Below are positions 25,368 through 36,684 of a DNA stretch of 64,000 nt, piece after piece. The stretch lies in the sequence record PQ480333.1; one strand, 5' to 3'. A model generated the notes under the pieces. That model searched no databases, was not told where the DNA came from, and was given only the letters and a program-made list of their open reading frames with translations. Made by a program: the position numbers and the translations under genes. The stretch comes from Escherichia phage NRG-P0074. Position 1 is the first letter of the stretch; each line of letters begins with the position of its first letter.

Positions 25368-27337
25368 TGTGAAATAGGCTCCAAATCTATAGTTAAGTAC
25401 TGAGGACGTAAGTCGTTTTCGAATACGATTAAAGAACCATCCTTTGTAAAAATAATATCATCTGCAGGGTCGGAATAAAGTTCAATTGTTTGAACTTCAA
25501 AACGGTCTGAAGTGAGGTCAATTTTAGCAATGTTCCAATAAATCGAATCGGCAGGATAATTCACTTCACCAATTGAATAGTATTTGTTTCGTCCGTCAGT
25601 AACAGTAAGTTTATTAAAATCATTACCTGTATAAGGTTGTATATTTTCGTTTTCAACAACATCGCCGTCGGCAAATGGACCAATAATAACTTGACCTATG
25701 CCACGGTCATTACGGTCAGAAGATACTATGCGAACACCATATTTAATAGTTTCGTTTGCATTTTCTGGATTAGGTCTGTGCGAATCAAACGAGAATATAT
25801 TAGATTCCAACGATCTATCTTTAATCTGATTATTGTATTTAATACCGGCCTCAGGCGTTTTATAGAAGTTTTGTACTTCGCGAACCATTTGAATAGTAGC
25901 TGAAGAACCAATAATAGAAATATCTGCATCATCGACATAAGTTAGCATTTTAGATTTTGCAAACGATGAGTTAAAAATTTCTACATCTTCAATATAATAA
26001 CGGTCAATTTTATTAATAATCTGCCCTTCAAGATATTGTTCTGATTCTTGGAGTTTATTCAACGCGTATGTAACTTTGATATTCATTTTGATAAACAAAT
26101 AATCAGGCGAAATAACAACAGGTGTAATAGTCCCTAAGTTATAATCATTCAAATAGTTTTTGATATCATCGCGTTGGACAGAAGTCAAATACAATCCAGA
26201 TTTAGGCTTAGCAGCAATATAGGCGTACCCTGGTTTAGATGAATCTGTGAATGTTTGAACCGCTTGAATAATAGAACCAAACCGCTCAGAGACGAATGTG
26301 TCATAGTCGGAAGCGGTTACACAACGTTGTTGAGTTTCGCGTTTAATTGTGCCTAATTCGCGGATACGTTCAATATCTTCAGGGTCACCACCGCCGTCGG
26401 CGCCAACAAAGTCTGGGTTATTGCTAGGGTTCTCGTTAATATCGATTACCGTAATATTAGCTAATGTATCAGCATAAGAAAATCCTACAGCACCGTTAGC
26501 ATCTGCGCCATTAGTAGAAATATACTCAATTACGATTTTAGAACCCTGAACAGGTTTAAGGCCACCAATATAGTTAGATGTTAACGCACCTTCTGATGTG
26601 TTAATAGAGATTTCGCCTTCACCAAAATAAAATTCGGTGTTCCCATCAACTGTTTCACGCATATAATAGATTGTTGACGTAGAACCAGCGTGAACCATCG
26701 ACTTACGAGTCCAGTTAATCCATTCTGCTCCGTCAACATACAACTTAACCAAATTACGGTCAATATTCTTATCACGAATAATGATAGGTTTTAATTTATC
26801 AAATGTTAATTCAGTGCGAACAATACGTCCTTGAGCTAATCGAAGACGTGGAAAATATTGGTTATTTTTGTCTTTAACTACAATGACATCTTCAGTAGAA
26901 ACAAAGTTATACGGGTTAACAGAAGTATCTTTAGCGTATGCTAAGAAACGAGTGCCACGTGGAATGGTGATATAGTTTCTATTTAATGCATCCGTACATG
27001 TGAGCATAATTTCTGTTTGTGCTGCTGATTTAGATGAAGGCAGATATCCGTTATCTTGAGCCGCTTGTACAACAGAACTACGCAAGTTTGCAGTACGCAT
27101 AAAACTTTCATACACTGCACTATTACTGAACTGTTGGATGTAAAGAGTGTTATATGCTAAAAGGTCGCACAATACGTTTAAGCGTGAACCTTCAAAATCA
27201 TAATCAAGAAATTCATTCTGTCCATTGAGCCATTCGATAATGTTCTGTTTGATTTCGGCAAATGTGCCCCCGATAAAAATCTCGGGAATAGCATTCGCTG
27301 TTCGGGTTAATTGATAATTTACAGGAGTGTTTGCCAT
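25364..27337 (-). CDS. 6: Baseplate wedge protein gp6
   Basis: Start trimmed to MANTPVNYQLTRTANAIPEIF..., matching the remembered T4 gp6 N-terminus; the upstream in-frame extension in the ORF track is rejected. Confidence 0.9.
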   Translation of the reverse strand: MANTPVNYQLTRTANAIPEIFIGGTFAEIKQNIIEWLNGQNEFLDYDFEGSRLNVLCDLLAYNTLYIQQFSNSAVYESFMRTANLRSSVVQAAQDNGYLPSSKSAAQTEIMLTCTDALNRNYITIPRGTRFLAYAKDTSVNPYNFVSTEDVIVVKDKNNQYFPRLRLAQGRIVRTELTFDKLKPIIIRDKNIDRNLVKLYVDGAEWINWTRKSMVHAGSTSTIYYMRETVDGNTEFYFGEGEISINTSEGALTSNYIGGLKPVQGSKIVIEYISTNGADANGAVGFSYADTLANITVIDINENPSNNPDFVGADGGGDPEDIERIRELGTIKRETQQRCVTASDYDTFVSERFGSIIQAVQTFTDSSKPGYAYIAAKPKSGLYLTSVQRDDIKNYLNDYNLGTITPVVISPDYLFIKMNIKVTYALNKLQESEQYLEGQIINKIDRYYIEDVEIFNSSFAKSKMLTYVDDADISIIGSSATIQMVREVQNFYKTPEAGIKYNNQIKDRSLESNIFSFDSHRPNPENANETIKYGVRIVSSDRNDRGIGQVIIGPFADGDVVENENIQPYTGNDFNKLTVTDGRNKYYSIGEVNYPADSIYWNIAKIDLTSDRFEVQTIELYSDPADDIIFTKDGSLIVFENDLRPQYLTIDLEPISQ

Positions 27338-27345
27338 TTTAATTC

Positions 27346-27639
27346 CTATTTTATAAAGACTTTTGACGAGGCCTGAGAAACAGTATCCCCGCATGAAATT
27401 GGGTCAGCCATTTGAACGGCCTTTTTACCGGTGACGTATACTTTAGATGTACGAGGTTCAGTAACACCTCCATGAGTCTCGTATGGTTTTTTAATTTCTG
27501 TATGAGGTGTTATTTGGTCTCCTGCTACAAGAACAGGAATACCGCCGGTGAACACTTTAGATTGGGAAGCATTTATTACAGTAGGAGGCCATGCTTCATG
27601 ACCTGTTGTAACGCACTTGTCGTAACTTAAGCCAGACAT
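27346..27639 (-). CDS. 5.4: Baseplate spike tip (PAAR-like) protein gp5.4
   Basis: Trimmed to [21 protein letters not shown]..., matching remembered T4 gp5.4 (97 aa). Confidence 0.85.
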   Translation of the reverse strand: MSGLSYDKCVTTGHEAWPPTVINASQSKVFTGGIPVLVAGDQITPHTEIKKPYETHGGVTEPRTSKVYVTGKKAVQMADPISCGDTVSQASSKVFIK

Positions 27640-27641
27640 TT

Positions 27642-28157
27642 TCACGGCCTCACATAAACATAGTTTCGTAATTGATGAGCCCATTTGCTCCAATTTCCTA
27701 CTATAGTTTTTGTATAAACCTTAGTAAGAGTTTTTTGTACTGGAGCCGGTGGAGGTTCTGTACCAGAGTCACTTCTAGAACCGCCTGATGAACTTTCTTC
27801 TTGGTAGTTATAAATCATTTCAACCGTATAACTAAACACTTTACGAAGATTCTGAGGAGCTCTCCACAAATATAACTGTGTGGACTCATCTTTTGGTAAA
27901 TCATCCCATGAAGATGCGGTTTCAAAATCATCATTTAATCGGTATTTCAATGCGTCCGAAGAAAAGCTAAACACACTTTCATATGTTCCATATAAACGAT
28001 TACCGTCTACCGTAATGCCTTGTGTCGGTTCATAATCTGTTATATTTATTGACACTAAAGTTTCGGTTGTTTCTAACTGTGGAGTAAAAAGGACGTCAAT
28101 AGACGCCCCTTCCATGTCTTCTCCTAAGTCGGTATTTAAAGGAAGTATTTGTGCCAT
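27642..28157 (-). CDS. 5.1: Probable gp5.1 (baseplate-associated hypothetical protein)
   Basis: 171 aa ORF between 5 and 5.4; call rests on synteny only. Confidence 0.55.
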   Translation of the reverse strand: MAQILPLNTDLGEDMEGASIDVLFTPQLETTETLVSINITDYEPTQGITVDGNRLYGTYESVFSFSSDALKYRLNDDFETASSWDDLPKDESTQLYLWRAPQNLRKVFSYTVEMIYNYQEESSSGGSRSDSGTEPPPAPVQKTLTKVYTKTIVGNWSKWAHQLRNYVYVRP

Positions 28158-28160
28158 ATA

Positions 28161-29894
28161 TTACCCAATATCAATACGAGATCCGTCAACAGTGTATTGT
28201 CCTGAAGCTACTGAGCTCATTGTAGACATTGTTTCTGCCCAATCCCCGGCAACAGTCATATCAACATTACCATTAACAGTCCATTTAACGTTTCCGTTGA
28301 CGGTGTAATCATGATTCCCTTCGACCTGAGTTTTAGCATCACCTTTAACAAGAATATCTGCATTTCCGTCAACAACTATTTTGATATTACCCTTAACGTA
28401 AAGAGTTCCATCGCCTTCAACAGTTTTAGATTGGTTACCACGAATAAAGATTGTGTCATTGCCGTCTATTTGATGGAGGCGGTCTGCCATGTTATAATAT
28501 ATTTCATTAGCACCAACGTTAACAAGCTTATCACCAGAAATCAAGAAGTTCCCATCACCATTAGTGATGTCAAAAAGGTCTTCTACAGTTTTACGAGTAC
28601 GACGCCCAGACGGAGAAACTTCCTCATATGACCCTGTTGGATGAACTAAGCGATAACGTTCATTACCTGGAGTATCGTCAAATTCTTGGATATGACCACT
28701 TTCTGTTTCCATAGCATGAACGTATGGATACTCACCACGATAACTTGATTCCGGTTCTTTAAAAAGGATGCGTGAATCTAATGGAATAGGAGGACCAGCC
28801 GGGTCTTCTGAATCGGTATTTCTAGTAACTAAATCGGCACCAACTCCTGGTGAAGGCGGTGTTTTAACAGGAACACCGTATGATTCCATGTTACCGGTTA
28901 AAATAATTGTTGTTACACGTGAAGCGCGTCCTTTAGTCTGTTGGAACCATAATGAATCGCGCCCAGATTTGTATGCAGTTTTCCAATCACCTTCGGCCAT
29001 TGCTTTAAGCATAGTATTGAATTTTGCTACACCACCAACGCCCATTTGGAAGCACATGTTTTCTAATGCCATTTGGCGAGATCTGTTCATTTTAGCATAA
29101 ACAGGACCTACTTTAGAATTAGAACGAATGTCTTTCTGCATCTTAGCAAGGTCCTTCTCAAATAACGCTGTTGCTTCTTCTAATGTAATAGTTCCCGGAT
29201 TTCCTGTTACTTCACGCCCTACTTGATCAGATAACAATTTATTAATTCGAGACATATCTCGGGTCTTTTCCATTACGATAAGGTGTCCAATACCTACTGT
29301 AGGATACCCGAGATGGTCCCAATACACTTTATCACGAAGACCTTCGTCACGACGTAACATTTCTGTTATTGTAAAATTAGGGTCGTCATCTTCTGGAATA
29401 TTTGCTAAATCTGTATCGTCTGGGTTTATACCATAATCTAAGTTGTTATCTTGAATTACGTTAGAGTTCGAATAATAACCAGCTTCACCACCTTGGTTTA
29501 ATACGTTCGTATCATTACCTAAACGTCGTGGATACTGGCCCGTCGGGTCTGAAAAACCTTCAAGTCTATTAGGCTTTTCACGTACGATTCCGCCATATGT
29601 ACCAAGTACAATACCGTTTGTTTTCCATTTGTCTAAGAAATGACCATATACTCGAGTTCCTTCAACAGGACCTGTAACAGAACCACCAATACCTGACATT
29701 GATGCAGACGTAATAGGTTGAATAACAGTCATCCATGGAAGTTTTTCTGTAGGAATACCCTGCACATCGCCTTGTACTCTCTGTGCGGTATGAAGCCCAA
29801 CTACTCGCACTCGAACTCGCCCTTGTTTTAATGGGTCCATTCTGTCCTCGACAACACCCACGAACCAATTAAGGCTACTGCTAATCATTTCCAT
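28161..29894 (-). CDS. 5: Baseplate hub plus tail lysozyme gp5
   Basis: 577 aa; central lysozyme domain and C-terminal VxGxxxxxV beta-helix repeats (VKGNIKIVVDGNADILVKGDAKTQVEGN...). Confidence 0.9.
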   Translation of the reverse strand: MEMISSSLNWFVGVVEDRMDPLKQGRVRVRVVGLHTAQRVQGDVQGIPTEKLPWMTVIQPITSASMSGIGGSVTGPVEGTRVYGHFLDKWKTNGIVLGTYGGIVREKPNRLEGFSDPTGQYPRRLGNDTNVLNQGGEAGYYSNSNVIQDNNLDYGINPDDTDLANIPEDDDPNFTITEMLRRDEGLRDKVYWDHLGYPTVGIGHLIVMEKTRDMSRINKLLSDQVGREVTGNPGTITLEEATALFEKDLAKMQKDIRSNSKVGPVYAKMNRSRQMALENMCFQMGVGGVAKFNTMLKAMAEGDWKTAYKSGRDSLWFQQTKGRASRVTTIILTGNMESYGVPVKTPPSPGVGADLVTRNTDSEDPAGPPIPLDSRILFKEPESSYRGEYPYVHAMETESGHIQEFDDTPGNERYRLVHPTGSYEEVSPSGRRTRKTVEDLFDITNGDGNFLISGDKLVNVGANEIYYNMADRLHQIDGNDTIFIRGNQSKTVEGDGTLYVKGNIKIVVDGNADILVKGDAKTQVEGNHDYTVNGNVKWTVNGNVDMTVAGDWAETMSTMSSVASGQYTVDGSRIDIG

Positions 29895-30469
29895 TATGCA
29901 ATCTCCATCTCACGAATCAAATCAGTAATAAACGAGTTTATATCTTCTTTTGCAACAATTTTTATTTTACGAAGTTTTTCATTATCTAATACTGCCGCTT
30001 CATAAGTATCTACTGCAGCTAAAGGTCCTTTATATTGCGGATACTTACGAGCTTCATCACCTTTATCGTACCACACTAAAGGCTCGTCTGGATATGAAAC
30101 CAAATTGTAAAATTTCTCACGGTTCTCGTTAATATGATAAAGAATTTGGTCTCCGCCGGCATTTGCATATTTCTGAATAGAAGCTTGATACGCTGCTTCC
30201 TGAGATGTAATCCAACCATAATACGGATCATAGTTGTCATTACACATCAAAAGGACCCAGTATAATTGAGGGTTGCCATAAATTATGTTTGCTAGTTCTT
30301 CAGGACGTGGAGAGCCTTTAATGTAATAAGAACGTAATCTATAATTGGCAGCCACACGCTTAAAGTACTCTTTATAATTACGAAATATGTCCGTCATAGG
30401 AATAGTAGGTGCGTTCTTATTAACTGTTTTAGCACTATATCCTATCGGGTCGAAGAATGTAAATAACAA
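29894..30469 (-). CDS. 53: Baseplate wedge protein gp53
   Basis: 191 aa, T4 synteny upstream of gene 5. Confidence 0.8.
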   Translation of the reverse strand: MLFTFFDPIGYSAKTVNKNAPTIPMTDIFRNYKEYFKRVAANYRLRSYYIKGSPRPEELANIIYGNPQLYWVLLMCNDNYDPYYGWITSQEAAYQASIQKYANAGGDQILYHINENREKFYNLVSYPDEPLVWYDKGDEARKYPQYKGPLAAVDTYEAAVLDNEKLRKIKIVAKEDINSFITDLIREMEIA

Positions 30470-30496
30470 GATAGTCTCCTTCCAATATGAAATTGG

Positions 30497-30519
30497 TATA
30501 AATAATAATACTATTTATA
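30497..30519. promoter_or_regulatory. Divergent late promoters: TATAAATA on plus strand (30497-30504, for gene 4) and on minus strand (30512-30519, for gene 53)
   Basis: Both octamers read directly; the plus-strand copy lies about 25 bp before the AAGGAGG ribosome-binding site of gene 4. Confidence 0.5.
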
Positions 30520-30530
30520 AGGAGGACAAC

Positions 30531-30980
30531 ATGGCCTACTCTGGTAAATGGGTCCCAAAAAATTTAAAAAAATACCGTGGAGACCATACCAAAATAACGT
30601 ATCGTTCAAACTGGGAAAAATTCTTTTTCGAATGGTTAGATAAAAATCCAGAAATTATTGCATGGGGTAGTGAAACAGCAGTAATTCCATATTTCTGTAA
30701 CGCAGAAGGTAAGAAACGTCGATACTATATGGACATATGGATGAAAGATGCATCAGGTCAAGAGTTCTTTGTAGAAATAAAACCAAAGAAAGAAACTCAA
30801 CCACCTATTAAGCCTGCAAATCTTACGACTGCAGCAAAGAAACGTTATATGAACGAGATCTACGTGTGGTCTGTGAACTGTGATAAATGGAAAGCCGCCT
30901 CAGCTGTTGCTGAAAAGAGAAATATAAAATTTCGAGTTCTAACCGAAGATGGTCTTAGAAAACTCGGATACAAGGGGTAA
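30531..30980 (+). CDS. 4: Head completion protein gp4
   Basis: 150 aa, [48 protein letters not shown]... matches remembered T4 gp4. Confidence 0.85.
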   Translation: MAYSGKWVPKNLKKYRGDHTKITYRSNWEKFFFEWLDKNPEIIAWGSETAVIPYFCNAEGKKRRYYMDIWMKDASGQEFFVEIKPKKETQPPIKPANLTTAAKKRYMNEIYVWSVNCDKWKAASAVAEKRNIKFRVLTEDGLRKLGYKG

Positions 30981-30982
30981 TT

Positions 30983-31804
30983 ATGAGCATATTCCAAATT
31001 ATATCTGAAGGCGTACAAGCCCCTAAGATTGCTCAGTCTATGAATGAAAGAAAATGGATTGAGATAGGATTAGAATACAAGAAAGCTAAAGAGAAAGGAA
31101 TCACTGCAAAAGCATTTGCAGAATCAAAAGGAATAAAATACTCGTCGTTTACATCTGCAATGTCTAGATATGCATCATCTATTAAGACTGCACAGAAAAT
31201 TGAAACGCTTGAATCTAAACCTAAAAATAAACTCAATAAGCAAGAACGTCAACTTCTGATGATAAACTCGTTTCGCAGTTCAATACGAGAAAAGATTAGA
31301 AATGAAGGCGCAGCAGTAAACAACAAATCATCTAAGTGGTTTGTTGAAACAATTAAGAAAAGTGTAAAAGGTCATAAAGTAGTCAAGCCTACGCCAGGCA
31401 AAATTTATACTTACATGTATGATGCTAAACATAAAGATACTCTGCCATATTGGGACAGATATCCTTTGATTATTTATTTAGGATTAGGTAAACATAATTT
31501 GATGTACGGGTTAAACTTGCACTATATCCCACCTAAAGCACGTCAACAGTTTCTTGAAGAATTGCTGAAGCAATATGCTAGCACAACTACTATTACTAAT
31601 AACACAAAGTTGAAGATAGACTGGAGCAAGGTGAAAGGATTTCAAGGTGCTGACAAAATGATTAAAGCATACCTGCCAGACCACATTAGAGGAACAATAA
31701 CAGAAATAGCTCCTAAAGACTGGGCTAACATAATCATGTTACCTACTCAGCAGTTTATGTCAAAAGGAAAACGTTTCTCTGCGAATACTGTTTGGAAATC
31801 TTAA
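30983..31804 (+). CDS. 2: DNA end protector protein gp2
   Basis: 273 aa, T4 size and order. Confidence 0.85.
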   Translation: MSIFQIISEGVQAPKIAQSMNERKWIEIGLEYKKAKEKGITAKAFAESKGIKYSSFTSAMSRYASSIKTAQKIETLESKPKNKLNKQERQLLMINSFRSSIREKIRNEGAAVNNKSSKWFVETIKKSVKGHKVVKPTPGKIYTYMYDAKHKDTLPYWDRYPLIIYLGLGKHNLMYGLNLHYIPPKARQQFLEELLKQYASTTTITNNTKLKIDWSKVKGFQGADKMIKAYLPDHIRGTITEIAPKDWANIIMLPTQQFMSKGKRFSANTVWKS

Positions 31805-31906
31805 TTCTATTCTCTTCCGTTCTTCTGATATTCTGTTGAACCAGATTAATGGAAGAGACCTAAAACCATTATACTGCATTTTTATTAAAGCGTTTTTGAG
31901 GTGCTT

Positions 31907-32491
31907 ATGACTCGTCCAACGAGACAGATTTTTAACCAAACGAATATAACAAACTTTGTTGTGGATATCCCAGATAGTACACGAACTTCAGGTTTTGTGC
32001 TCAATGCCCAAACGGCGCCGTTGCCAGGTGTGAGAATTCCTGTTGTTGAAACTGTGACAGGCACAATGGGGTTAGGACGTGCAATGCGTGCAGGCACCAC
32101 ATTTGAATATGACCCTTTTGTTGTACGATTTATAGTTGATGAAGACATGACGTCCTGGATGAACATGTATAAATGGATGCTCAGCACTAATAACTATATA
32201 ACCGGACATAATACGGCCCACTCCGATGGTCCTGAGTTTGTTACTTTGCACATTTTAAACAACAATAAGACTGAAGTAGTTTTGACGGCAAATTTCTATA
32301 AACCATGGATTTCCGATCTGAGCGAAATTGAATTTAGTTACACTGAAGATTCTGACCCTGCCGTTACGTGCGTAGCAACTATTCACTATGCGTATATGAC
32401 GATAGAAAAGGATGGTGAAGTCATTGTATCTCAACAACCGCGTCAAGCGGTCGAATCTAAATCCATTTCTAGACACCCTTCCTTGCGTTAA
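31907..32491 (+). CDS. 3: Tail completion / sheath stabiliser protein gp3
   Basis: ATG at 31907 preferred over the GTG at 31901 listed in the track; T4 synteny. Confidence 0.75.
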   Translation: MTRPTRQIFNQTNITNFVVDIPDSTRTSGFVLNAQTAPLPGVRIPVVETVTGTMGLGRAMRAGTTFEYDPFVVRFIVDEDMTSWMNMYKWMLSTNNYITGHNTAHSDGPEFVTLHILNNNKTEVVLTANFYKPWISDLSEIEFSYTEDSDPAVTCVATIHYAYMTIEKDGEVIVSQQPRQAVESKSISRHPSLR

Positions 32492-32544
32492 TCGCTTCTA
32501 GCTCCGTATGTTATAATCACTCATAAATTATATGAGGAAAACCT

Positions 32545-33279
32545 ATGGAGCTAATCTTTTTAAGTGGCATCAAACGTAGTGGTAAAGACACTACTGCTGA
32601 TTACATCAATTCAAACTTTAAATCCGTAAAATACCAATTGGCATATCCGATTAAAGACGCTCTAGCAATAGCCTGGGGACGTAAACATGCTGAAAACCCT
32701 GATGTATTCACAGAGTTGAAATACGAATACTTTGAAGGTGTCGGATATGACCGTGAAACACCATTAAATCTCAATAAGTTGGATGTTATTGAATTAATGG
32801 AAGAAGCGCTAATTTATTTACAAAGTCAATATTTACCAATTAATAATGTTAAAGTATTATCATCATTAGAAGGTGGATATTCATATCTAGATATTAAACC
32901 ATATGAAGCCCTGCGTGAAGCTATAAATAATATCAACGACACATGGTCAATCCGCCGTCTTATGCAAGCCCTCGGTACGGATGTTGTCGTTAATTTATTT
33001 GACCGTATGTATTGGGTTAAACTTTTTGCATTAAACTATATGGATTATATTGGAAGTGATTTCGATTACTATGTTGTAACCGATACACGCCAAGTCCATG
33101 AAATGGAAACCGCCAGAGCGATGGGTGCTACAGTTATTCATGTGGTTCGCTCTGGTACGGAATCCACTGATAAACATATTACAGAAGCTGGGTTGCCTAT
33201 TGAAGAAGGCGATTTAGTTATTACAAACAACGGCTCTTTAGAAGAGCTTTATTCTAAAATTGAAACAATCTTAAGGTAA
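32545..33279 (+). CDS. 1: Deoxynucleoside monophosphate kinase gp1
   Basis: 244 aa, P-loop GIKRSGKDTTAD; close match to remembered T4 gp1. Confidence 0.9.
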   Translation: MELIFLSGIKRSGKDTTADYINSNFKSVKYQLAYPIKDALAIAWGRKHAENPDVFTELKYEYFEGVGYDRETPLNLNKLDVIELMEEALIYLQSQYLPINNVKVLSSLEGGYSYLDIKPYEALREAINNINDTWSIRRLMQALGTDVVVNLFDRMYWVKLFALNYMDYIGSDFDYYVVTDTRQVHEMETARAMGATVIHVVRSGTESTDKHITEAGLPIEEGDLVITNNGSLEELYSKIETILR

Positions 33280-33283
33280 TAAA

Positions 33284-33969
<686 letters not shown>

Positions 33970-33982
33970 TTTTCACAAAACA

Positions 33983-34018
33983 GTTTACATAAGGATGATG
34001 GTGTGATACTATCATCCT
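33983..34018 (+). promoter_or_regulatory. Early promoter with flanking inverted repeat (PeSL-like) upstream of first internal-protein gene
   Basis: gtttac -35; arms aggatgat / atcatcct bracket gatactat. Confidence 0.5.
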
Positions 34019-34046
34019 ATCAAATAAACAACCTCAAGGAAATAAA

Positions 34047-34334
34047 ATGAAATCCTATAAAGAATTTATATCACCTGTTGCTAACGTTTCTACTCTGACC
34101 GAAGCAACCCTTACTTCTGAAGTTATTAAAGCAAATAAAGGACGTGAGGGTAAACCAATGATTAGTCTGGTTGACGGCGAAGAAGTAAAAGGTACTGTTT
34201 ACTTAGGGGATGGATGGTCTGCTAAGAAAGATGGCGCTACTATTGTTATCTCTCCGGCTGAAGAGACTGCACTGTTTAAAGCTAAGCATATTTCTGTAGC
34301 TCAGCTTAAAATTATTGCAAAAACTCTTCTGTAA
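34047..34334 (+). CDS. Internal protein (Ip) with capsid targeting sequence; positional equivalent of T4 ipI
   Basis: N-terminus MKSYKEFIS... resembles the T4 internal-protein targeting sequence MKTYQEFIAE; 95 aa; located just after 57B. Confidence 0.65.
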   Translation: MKSYKEFISPVANVSTLTEATLTSEVIKANKGREGKPMISLVDGEEVKGTVYLGDGWSAKKDGATIVISPAEETALFKAKHISVAQLKIIAKTLL

Positions 34335-34337
34335 GTA

Positions 34338-34375
34338 GTTTACATGCTGATAGGACTATGTTATAGTAGTCCTAT
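34338..34375 (+). promoter_or_regulatory. PeSL-like early promoter cassette (copy A of ataggactatgttatagtagtcctat)
   Basis: gtttac then 9-bp arms ataggacta / tagtcctat around the -10. Confidence 0.5.
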
Positions 34376-34395
34376 CAAATTAAATGGAGTCCACA

Positions 34396-34635
34396 ATGAT
34401 TTATTACGAAAGTATCGGAACTAAAGTGGTTGCTAAAACCATTACTCGTGAAAAGTTTGCAAAGATATTCGATATGCGTTATAAAAAATCTGAACACAAA
34501 GGCATCCGATTCGAAGATGCGCACTGTACAATTTGCCCTTATAATGAAGACATAAACGGTACAATCGTTCCATTGGTAGAAGCTTCACATGATGACCTCT
34601 GGGATGAATATAATATCGCATGTCGTGAAATTTAA
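34396..34635 (+). CDS. Hypothetical protein (79 aa)
   Basis: ORF with GGAG ribosome-binding site; start taken at the second ATG (MIYYES...). Confidence 0.45.
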   Translation: MIYYESIGTKVVAKTITREKFAKIFDMRYKKSEHKGIRFEDAHCTICPYNEDINGTIVPLVEASHDDLWDEYNIACREI

Positions 34636-34663
34636 GTTAATGAATTAATCCGAGGAAAATATT

Positions 34664-35620
34664 ATGATGTTAGTTATTGGTTCTCGTGCACTTCACTATC
34701 ATGGTCTTATTGATTCTAGCGCTATCAAAAATAGCGATTGGGACTTTATTGCGGACCAAGGTTCTTGGAATGCATTCAAAAATCAAATGATGGGTGTATA
34801 TGTTCACCAAGATAACCCTGATGTTCAAGTTTTCAAATGCTTACATAATGGATGCGAAACTCATTTTGAAGCATATATTGTTCCGGCAATCACTAATGTC
34901 CGTGAATTAGTCGGTGAACTCACTCCTGAAGATTTCACGTCTTCTTATGACCTTTTAAAATACGCCAAGAAAAATTTGACTAAAGACTGTTTGAACGGGT
35001 TTTACTGGGCAACTCCTGAGATATGTCTTGCAATTAAGATGTCTCATCGTTTCAAGAAAAATAATCCATTCTTTTTAAAGACTATGAACCATATTCAGTA
35101 TCTTCGTGGTAAAGGTGTTACACTGAACGATGAACTTACTGAAATTATGCTGAAACGCCAGAAAGAAACCTTGAACTATGCTCACCCGGTTCTTGACACT
35201 TCTAAAAGTGCGTTCTTTAAAGATGACATCTATACATATGACCACGATACTATTCATGAAGCCATTGCACTAACAGACCGTCCAGCTTATACATTTTACA
35301 TGAAAGATGGTTCTGAAGTCATGACCTCACGTGAGAAGTTCGAATCATTACCAGAAATGGTCAAATTGGCTGGTGTATACGAAGAATCATGTGTACTAGC
35401 ATTAGAACGTTCTCAAATTCCTAATGACTTTAAAATTAACCCTGAAGCCAGTTTCATGATGGCATTAGAAAAAGTCTGCACAAGCATCACCTCCGGTTGG
35501 TTCCGTGAATACGCCTGGGAAAACTACAGCAAAGTAGTAAGTATGTACCAAAGCTTAGGACATGACGATTACGTCAAACGTTTCAAACAAAATTTCCATA
35601 TGGTAAAACCTTTCAAATAA
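34664..35620 (+). CDS. Hypothetical protein (318 aa), weak nucleotidyltransferase-like N-terminal motif
   Basis: IGSRALHYHGLIDSSAIKNSDWDF resembles a GS...DxD motif but spacing is atypical; function not established. Confidence 0.5.
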   Translation: MMLVIGSRALHYHGLIDSSAIKNSDWDFIADQGSWNAFKNQMMGVYVHQDNPDVQVFKCLHNGCETHFEAYIVPAITNVRELVGELTPEDFTSSYDLLKYAKKNLTKDCLNGFYWATPEICLAIKMSHRFKKNNPFFLKTMNHIQYLRGKGVTLNDELTEIMLKRQKETLNYAHPVLDTSKSAFFKDDIYTYDHDTIHEAIALTDRPAYTFYMKDGSEVMTSREKFESLPEMVKLAGVYEESCVLALERSQIPNDFKINPEASFMMALEKVCTSITSGWFREYAWENYSKVVSMYQSLGHDDYVKRFKQNFHMVKPFK

Positions 35621-35632
35621 TTTCGCAAAACT

Positions 35633-35670
35633 GTTTACACAATTATAGGACTATGTTACAGTAGTCCTAT
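35633..35670 (+). promoter_or_regulatory. PeSL-like early promoter cassette (copy B, ataggactatgttacagtagtcctat)
   Basis: Near-identical to the copy at 34350. Confidence 0.5.
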
Positions 35671-35690
35671 TAAAACATGAGGAGAATATT

Positions 35691-35996
35691 ATGAAATTAG
35701 GCGAAACCAACCGAATTGGTCTTTTAACAATATTTGCATCACTTTTTTACGCAGCTCTTTCTGTTGCAGTATTACAAAAGGCTTACAGTATGGATGGTGT
35801 TCCTGGTTTTGTATTCTTATCACCATTTTTGCTATTCGTTGGAGCTTTGTTATTATATGCCACGACTAGTTTCGACCATAATGTCTGGGTCAATTATAAA
35901 CGTAAATTGTCCGAAGAAGAACACGCAGAAGCTCGTAAAAAAGCTATTGAATCTACCAATCTAGAAAATTTCATTAAAGAATGTCGAGGAAAATAA
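35691..35996 (+). CDS. Small membrane protein (101 aa, two predicted transmembrane helices)
   Basis: Hydrophobic segments LLTIFASLFYAALSVAVL and FVFLSPFLLFVGALLLYA. Confidence 0.5.
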   Translation: MKLGETNRIGLLTIFASLFYAALSVAVLQKAYSMDGVPGFVFLSPFLLFVGALLLYATTSFDHNVWVNYKRKLSEEEHAEARKKAIESTNLENFIKECRGK

Positions 35997-35997
35997 T

Positions 35998-36684
35998 ATG
36001 AATAGTTCTAAAGTGTTTAATAGTCAAGCTCGTGCAGTAGGTGGTTTTGCTCATGCGATTAAAAACGACCAGATTAAAAACGAGCCTATGTTCTTTAACT
36101 GCGATTTGAATTTTGCTTTTGATAATGGCGGCCCAATTACTCGTAGCTTTATCCAAAATCTTCCTGACGATTGGAAAGACTCGGATGTAGTATTTGATTC
36201 ACGAGTTCACATGCTGATGCCTGGTTGGTACCCTGCTATTCCTGGATATCACCATGACGATGTTCCACGCCCTGATATTCCAACAGGACAACATTTTATT
36301 ACTGCAGGACAACCTGACTATGACAACCCTCGTTACCATTCTGAACATATTCTTGGTCTTGTTAACGCTGATGTGTGTCCTACTCATTTTGCAACAGGAA
36401 CTGCAGAGTTCAGTCAGATTCCTGATGGCGAACTTATCTATCGCCAGTGGCACAAAGAAGTCCTAGAAAAAATCGAAAAAGGCGAACTAGAGAAATGGGA
36501 AGCTCCAGATCGTACTCTTCTTCAGTTTGATTGGCAAACATGGCACACTGGTTCTCGTGCAATTAGTAACGGATGGCGTTGGTTCGGACGTGTATCTCGT
36601 AATACAGACCGAGTTAAAAAGATTACCAATGAAATTCGTGTCAATGCCCAAGTTTATCTGGAATTCCCTATGGAAGGTTGGTAA
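35998..36684 (+). CDS. Hypothetical protein (228 aa), His/Asp-rich
   Basis: ORF with ribosome-binding site AGGAAAA; no confident family. Confidence 0.5.
   Translation: MNSSKVFNSQARAVGGFAHAIKNDQIKNEPMFFNCDLNFAFDNGGPITRSFIQNLPDDWKDSDVVFDSRVHMLMPGWYPAIPGYHHDDVPRPDIPTGQHFITAGQPDYDNPRYHSEHILGLVNADVCPTHFATGTAEFSQIPDGELIYRQWHKEVLEKIEKGELEKWEAPDRTLLQFDWQTWHTGSRAISNGWRWFGRVSRNTDRVKKITNEIRVNAQVYLEFPMEGW

Noticed and set aside
25364-27693. N-terminal extensions of gp6 (MRGYCFSG...) and gp5.4 (MEQMGSS...) and of gp11 (MGKDCI...) in the ORF track
   Set aside because: Alignment with remembered T4 N-termini and ribosome-binding site positions support the internal ATG starts at 27337, 27639 and 18522
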